The notes under the pieces are model-generated. The model searched no databases. It saw only the letters and a program-made list of their open reading frames with translations, and was not told where the DNA came from. This document shows, one piece after another, positions 60,525 through 64,000 of a stretch of 64,000 bases of DNA. This DNA comes from Anaerolineales bacterium. GTDB taxonomy: Bacteria > Chloroflexota > Anaerolineae > Anaerolineales > UBA4823. Both the position numbers and the translations under genes were made by a program. The stretch spans positions 1,151-65,150 of the forward strand of contig JBAPSY010000170.1 of NCBI GenBank assembly GCA_049281855.1, read 5' to 3'. Position 1 is the stretch's first letter. Every line of letters begins with the position of its first letter.

Positions 60525-61742
60525 CTAACGGTTGTTGCTGATCTCTCCCCCACAATACGTGCGGTACCAGTCAGCTTCCGCCGGGTAATTCTGTTCAGCG
60601 AATTTGGTCGCTTGCTCACTGACCTTCACCGCTTCATCCAAATTGAAATTTACTGCACTGCTCCAGGCACGCGGCAGTACCATCAATGGATCCTTGACCG
60701 CCTGTTCTTCCTCACCCAATGGGACCCAATTGAATAGTAATGGACCTCGCGAATAAGCACTGAACCCAAGCTCATATCCTCCCTGACGGGCTATTTGCAC
60801 ACTCAAGGGGGTAAAATTTCCCCCTGGCCAGATGAATGCGATTGGAGGCGTACCGAAATGCTCCTCCAGCACCTGGGTTGAGTTCCAAATCTCACTTTGG
60901 ATCTGATCCACAGGCGTCTCGGGGACGATATACAACTGACCAGTGTATCCGTGCGACTGAACGTCCAGCCTGCCAGAAGCATATAAGTTCTCCATCAACT
61001 CCCACGCCCACTGTAAGCTGTTCGGGTCAGCGATGTACGCTGCCGTGGCAGTCCAATCGTTCTGCTCCAGCACTGGCATCAACCAATCGCGGATCAATCC
61101 CGGGCGACGGTCATCTATGATGATCATCATTGAGCGGTGTGGAATTGGAGCGTTGCTGGTCAGAAAATCCTTCAACTCCTGCGTGGTGATAGTTGTAAAA
61201 CCCAAATAGCGCGCAGTTTCAACAAATTCGAGAAATTGATCGGCGGTGATGTCTTTGTTCGGGTCCGCCAATGGTGTGTCATCTTGTACGATACTATGAA
61301 ACATGATTGGCATTACCACCGTACCTGGCTGGCTTCCATCTGGTGACCATCGCATACGCAGGAAAGAACAATTATCTCCCAGGTAAGCCTGAGGAAGAAC
61401 GCCTTGGCGTAACAATCGAGTGGCGAACATTTCCAATGATGCCAGGGTAGGTGTGAGAGTTGGCGTAGTTGTCCGAGTGGGACTGGCACTGGGGCTGGGT
61501 GAGACGGTCCACGTGGGGGATTGGGTGTTGGTGGGTGTGACTGTGGACGTGCTCGTCTCACTGGGCGTAGTCGTCCACTTAGCAGTCGGGTTTGGCGTTG
61601 CATTAATGCTGCAGGCTACCTGCAAACAAGCAACCAGCAATAAACAAAAAAACGTCTTTAGATGCTTTCTATGGGGTGACGGTGAAGAAGGAGTAATGAT
61701 AATTGATCTTCCCATGAGAAATTCCAAGGGTATCATTTCCAT
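60525..61742 (-). CDS. Polysaccharide deacetylase-family lipoprotein
   Basis: The ORF extends to 61931. The real start is probably at a Met at 61742, 61736 or 61715, which gives the lipobox LLVACLQVACS. A Thr/Pro/Ser linker follows. IMFHSIV...MMIIIDDRRPG...HGY...FIWPGGNF resembles the NodB/PgaB-type deacetylase layout. Confidence 0.6.
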   Translation of the reverse strand: MEMIPLEFLMGRSIIITPSSPSPHRKHLKTFFCLLLVACLQVACSINATPNPTAKWTTTPSETSTSTVTPTNTQSPTWTVSPSPSASPTRTTTPTLTPTLASLEMFATRLLRQGVLPQAYLGDNCSFLRMRWSPDGSQPGTVVMPIMFHSIVQDDTPLADPNKDITADQFLEFVETARYLGFTTITTQELKDFLTSNAPIPHRSMMIIIDDRRPGLIRDWLMPVLEQNDWTATAAYIADPNSLQWAWELMENLYASGRLDVQSHGYTGQLYIVPETPVDQIQSEIWNSTQVLEEHFGTPPIAFIWPGGNFTPLSVQIARQGGYELGFSAYSRGPLLFNWVPLGEEEQAVKDPLMVLPRAWSSAVNFNLDEAVKVSEQATKFAEQNYPAEADWYRTYCGGEISNNR

Positions 61743-62772
61743 TGCGTACAAAACCCTTGGAAGAGGTGGCCGTCCAGGTAAAGTGGCGTGAGCTTCCCTT
61801 TCCGGTGTAAGTTCCCAGGGTGAACTTGCTGCCGGGCAGGAGCTCAGTGAACATCTGTGTATACCAGGAGCGCAAGTTATCAAATCCCTGTGTTGTGCGG
61901 ATGGCATTGATGTGGACGGCAGGCGAAGCATAGAGGCTCACAATTTTCTCAATGTCATGTTCATTCATGGAATCGATCAAACTCACACAGATATCCTTGG
62001 GGTCTTCCCTCTCCGACCACTTATATCGTTGTATTAATTCCCAAACCCCGGGTAGATTACCAGAACGTGCATCCGACCATTCCCAAAAGTTCAACCCGCT
62101 CAAATTCAGCTCTTTGGCTTTCTTGAAAAATTCAAGCACTTCAGTATCGGTGGGTTTCCATCCAAATTCTCGAAAAGCTGCCCCTGTTGGTACGATCGGT
62201 AGCGATGGGTTTTTCGCCTGAAATTCACTCACGCATCGGGTTAATTGATCGCCTGGGTTATGTGCTTTCATCCAGTAAACCTGCGGCATGTTGAGATCAC
62301 ATTTCTCCAGGAATTCCTTCCAGGGGACCTGTGGGTGCAAGGATGGATATCGATACGAGCTCAATGCGATTGTCAAGTTTGGGCAGGCCGTCCGAATTTG
62401 GCTCATGAATCTTTTAGCAGCCGCCTGTTTCCCGCTGGCTTTATATTCCTTTTCTACATCGATCACATAACCATCCAGGTTATATTGGCGGATACGAGTA
62501 ATGCCTACATTTGCCTCACCCGTAGGGTTATCCCCATAGATATAATGCCAACCCCACACTTTGATGCCATGGGAGCGTAAGGCGACCACCACTGGAGTGG
62601 TGTAATCCTTCGGATCACCCCAATTACCGTTATAAATCATCGTACCATCAGCAACTTTGACAACCAGGTGGGTTAATCCTGCGTTAGCGGCATTCGTGGC
62701 AATCTGCTCGGGATCACCATGTTCGCAATTGGGAATCTTCCAGGTGAAAAAACCTTTTCCCTCTAATGCCAT
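61669..62772 (-). CDS. Hypothetical TIM-barrel glycoside-hydrolase-like protein fused to a C-terminal NTF2/SnoaL-like domain
   Basis: 367 aa with no signal peptide. The N-terminal ~250 aa loosely resemble the GH25/Rv2525c-like fold (HLVVKVADG..., VIDVEKEY). The C-terminal ~110 aa are NTF2-like. The assignment is tentative. Confidence 0.35.
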   Translation of the reverse strand: MALEGKGFFTWKIPNCEHGDPEQIATNAANAGLTHLVVKVADGTMIYNGNWGDPKDYTTPVVVALRSHGIKVWGWHYIYGDNPTGEANVGITRIRQYNLDGYVIDVEKEYKASGKQAAAKRFMSQIRTACPNLTIALSSYRYPSLHPQVPWKEFLEKCDLNMPQVYWMKAHNPGDQLTRCVSEFQAKNPSLPIVPTGAAFREFGWKPTDTEVLEFFKKAKELNLSGLNFWEWSDARSGNLPGVWELIQRYKWSEREDPKDICVSLIDSMNEHDIEKIVSLYASPAVHINAIRTTQGFDNLRSWYTQMFTELLPGSKFTLGTYTGKGSSRHFTWTATSSKGFVRNGNDTLGISHGKINYHYSFFTVTP

Positions 62773-62812
62773 TCCTGCATCTCCTCAACCACCTGTTCCG
62801 TCAACACAGCCT

Positions 62813-63919
62813 CTAGGGCTCACTTATTACTTGACGCATGACTTCAAGAACCGGCTCACGCATGGGTATCAATACCATGGCACCGCTGGTATTCGTCCAA
62901 TTGTAGACCTGTTCTGCCCCAATGGAAAACCTTCCAACATCACGCGATTCTGCCAGGTTGTAAGCTATTGGTAGAAAACCCGATATGAAGTCAAAATCCA
63001 GGTTTGTAGTAACATTCTGTTTATAAATTTCATAGAATTCTGGAGCTCGTTTCAATCCATCCAGGTTGAGCAATTGGTCAAACACCGCTTCGAGGACTTC
63101 TTGTTGCCGCCTGCCGCGATCCAGGTCGCTCGTCGAGTATCGACTGCGTACATACCACAAAGCTGACTCTCCGCTCATCCACATCGTCCCTTCAGACACA
63201 CAATACCAACCAAATGCATCCCGTTGGTCACATAAGTCTCGGCCAATCTTAATTGTGATCCCTCCTATTGAATCGATCACTTCCATGAAAGAGCTAAAGT
63301 TGATCAAAACGTAATATTCAGGTTTTACACCAAAGTTGTATTCCATTGTTGCTGCCAGCGCATCAAATCCACCCCAGCCCATCGCTGTATTGATCCTTTG
63401 AACGGTATATCCTGGGATGTAAACGTAAAGGTCTCTTGGGAAAGCAGTCAACTTGACAGTACCTTCCTGCGGATTGATGGTTAGTAATTGGATCGTATCC
63501 GTGCGAAAGCCTCCGTCATCGGGTCGCTGGTCTGACCCCAATAATAAGATGTTCACCTGTCCATCCGGATGAGAAAGAATGCCCACCGGGGCAGGTACTT
63601 CAACATCAGGCCACACACTTGGTCCAGGATAATCCTCCCAGCCGCGTCCCTCATCCGAGGTAAACACTACCTCGGGAACCGGCGTGGGTGGTTGATCCGT
63701 TGGCGTTACTTCAACAGGTATGCTGGTTGGGAGATAGAGCGGTGTGGGCGGTACGGGTTGAAAAGGTGTAGGTGTTGGCGTGGAACCAGGTGGTGCGACC
63801 AATAAATAATCATGTCGCCCGTATAGGCTGGCTTGTGGCGATGAAATCTGTCTCGGTAGATTACACGCAACCACAACCAATAAAATCAATAAGAGTATTA
63901 CAATCCCGTACTTTTTCAT
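62813..63919 (-). CDS. LCP (LytR-CpsA-Psr) family cell-wall glycopolymer transferase
   Basis: The ORF starts at TTG 63931. ATG 63919 gives MKKYGIVILLLILLVVVAC. NILLLGSDQRPDDGGFRTDTIQLLTINP...FPRDLYV...INTAMGWGG matches the LCP family. Confidence 0.85.
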   Translation of the reverse strand: MKKYGIVILLLILLVVVACNLPRQISSPQASLYGRHDYLLVAPPGSTPTPTPFQPVPPTPLYLPTSIPVEVTPTDQPPTPVPEVVFTSDEGRGWEDYPGPSVWPDVEVPAPVGILSHPDGQVNILLLGSDQRPDDGGFRTDTIQLLTINPQEGTVKLTAFPRDLYVYIPGYTVQRINTAMGWGGFDALAATMEYNFGVKPEYYVLINFSSFMEVIDSIGGITIKIGRDLCDQRDAFGWYCVSEGTMWMSGESALWYVRSRYSTSDLDRGRRQQEVLEAVFDQLLNLDGLKRAPEFYEIYKQNVTTNLDFDFISGFLPIAYNLAESRDVGRFSIGAEQVYNWTNTSGAMVLIPMREPVLEVMRQVISEP

Positions 63920-64000
63920 ATCAAATCCCAAGATTGGACGAGGATAATCATCATTAAGTTCCAGACACTAAGTTCCAGTCATTGACATCAAGGAAGGATC

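Overview
This 64-kb window is a chromosomal, mostly housekeeping segment. It has about 52 protein genes and no rRNA, tRNA, CRISPR array or mobile element that I could find. The protein style (Pro/Thr-rich linkers on exported proteins, a long basic FtsQ N-terminus, the gene order) suggests a Chloroflexota/Anaerolineae-like bacterium. That assignment is inference only. The ORF track appears to use ATG, GTG and TTG as starts, so I trimmed several ORFs to better-supported internal ATG starts. Layout, left to right: eno (truncated at the window edge), pyrG, an orphan Roadblock/LC7 gene, pth, mfd. Next is an unusual trio: an E1-beta-like protein, a lipoyl/PSBD-PglD(NeuD) acyltransferase fusion, and a DegT aminotransferase. 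Then a UbiA prenyltransferase, a deoxynucleoside kinase and an exported NBR1-Ig-like protein. Then a single-domain receiver, an HK/OmpR two-component pair with a ZraP/CpxP-like LTXXQ repeat protein, and a MacAB-type efflux operon ending in a Gly-rich lipoprotein. nrdR-nrdJ (class II RNR) follows. A nearly complete dcw cluster lies on the minus strand from mraZ (46.2 kb) to ftsZ (27.7 kb). It lacks murE, contains a cvpA-like gene and carries an extra 73-codon ORF. After that come a class-V PLP enzyme, maeB, padR-modA-modB, recX-rny and an MBL hydrolase. A GyrA/ParC-family protein follows, with a roughly 270-aa Lys-rich repeat tail and no recognisable GyrA box. The window ends with a cell-wall polymer locus (deacetylase, GH-like/NTF2 fusion, LCP). 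The items most worth follow-up are the 2-oxoacid-dehydrogenase-like/amino-sugar acylation module (9.1-12.6 kb), the 650-bp ftsZ-nrdR spacer (a stop-free 203-codon frame that is also densely stem-looped), and the topoisomerase tail.
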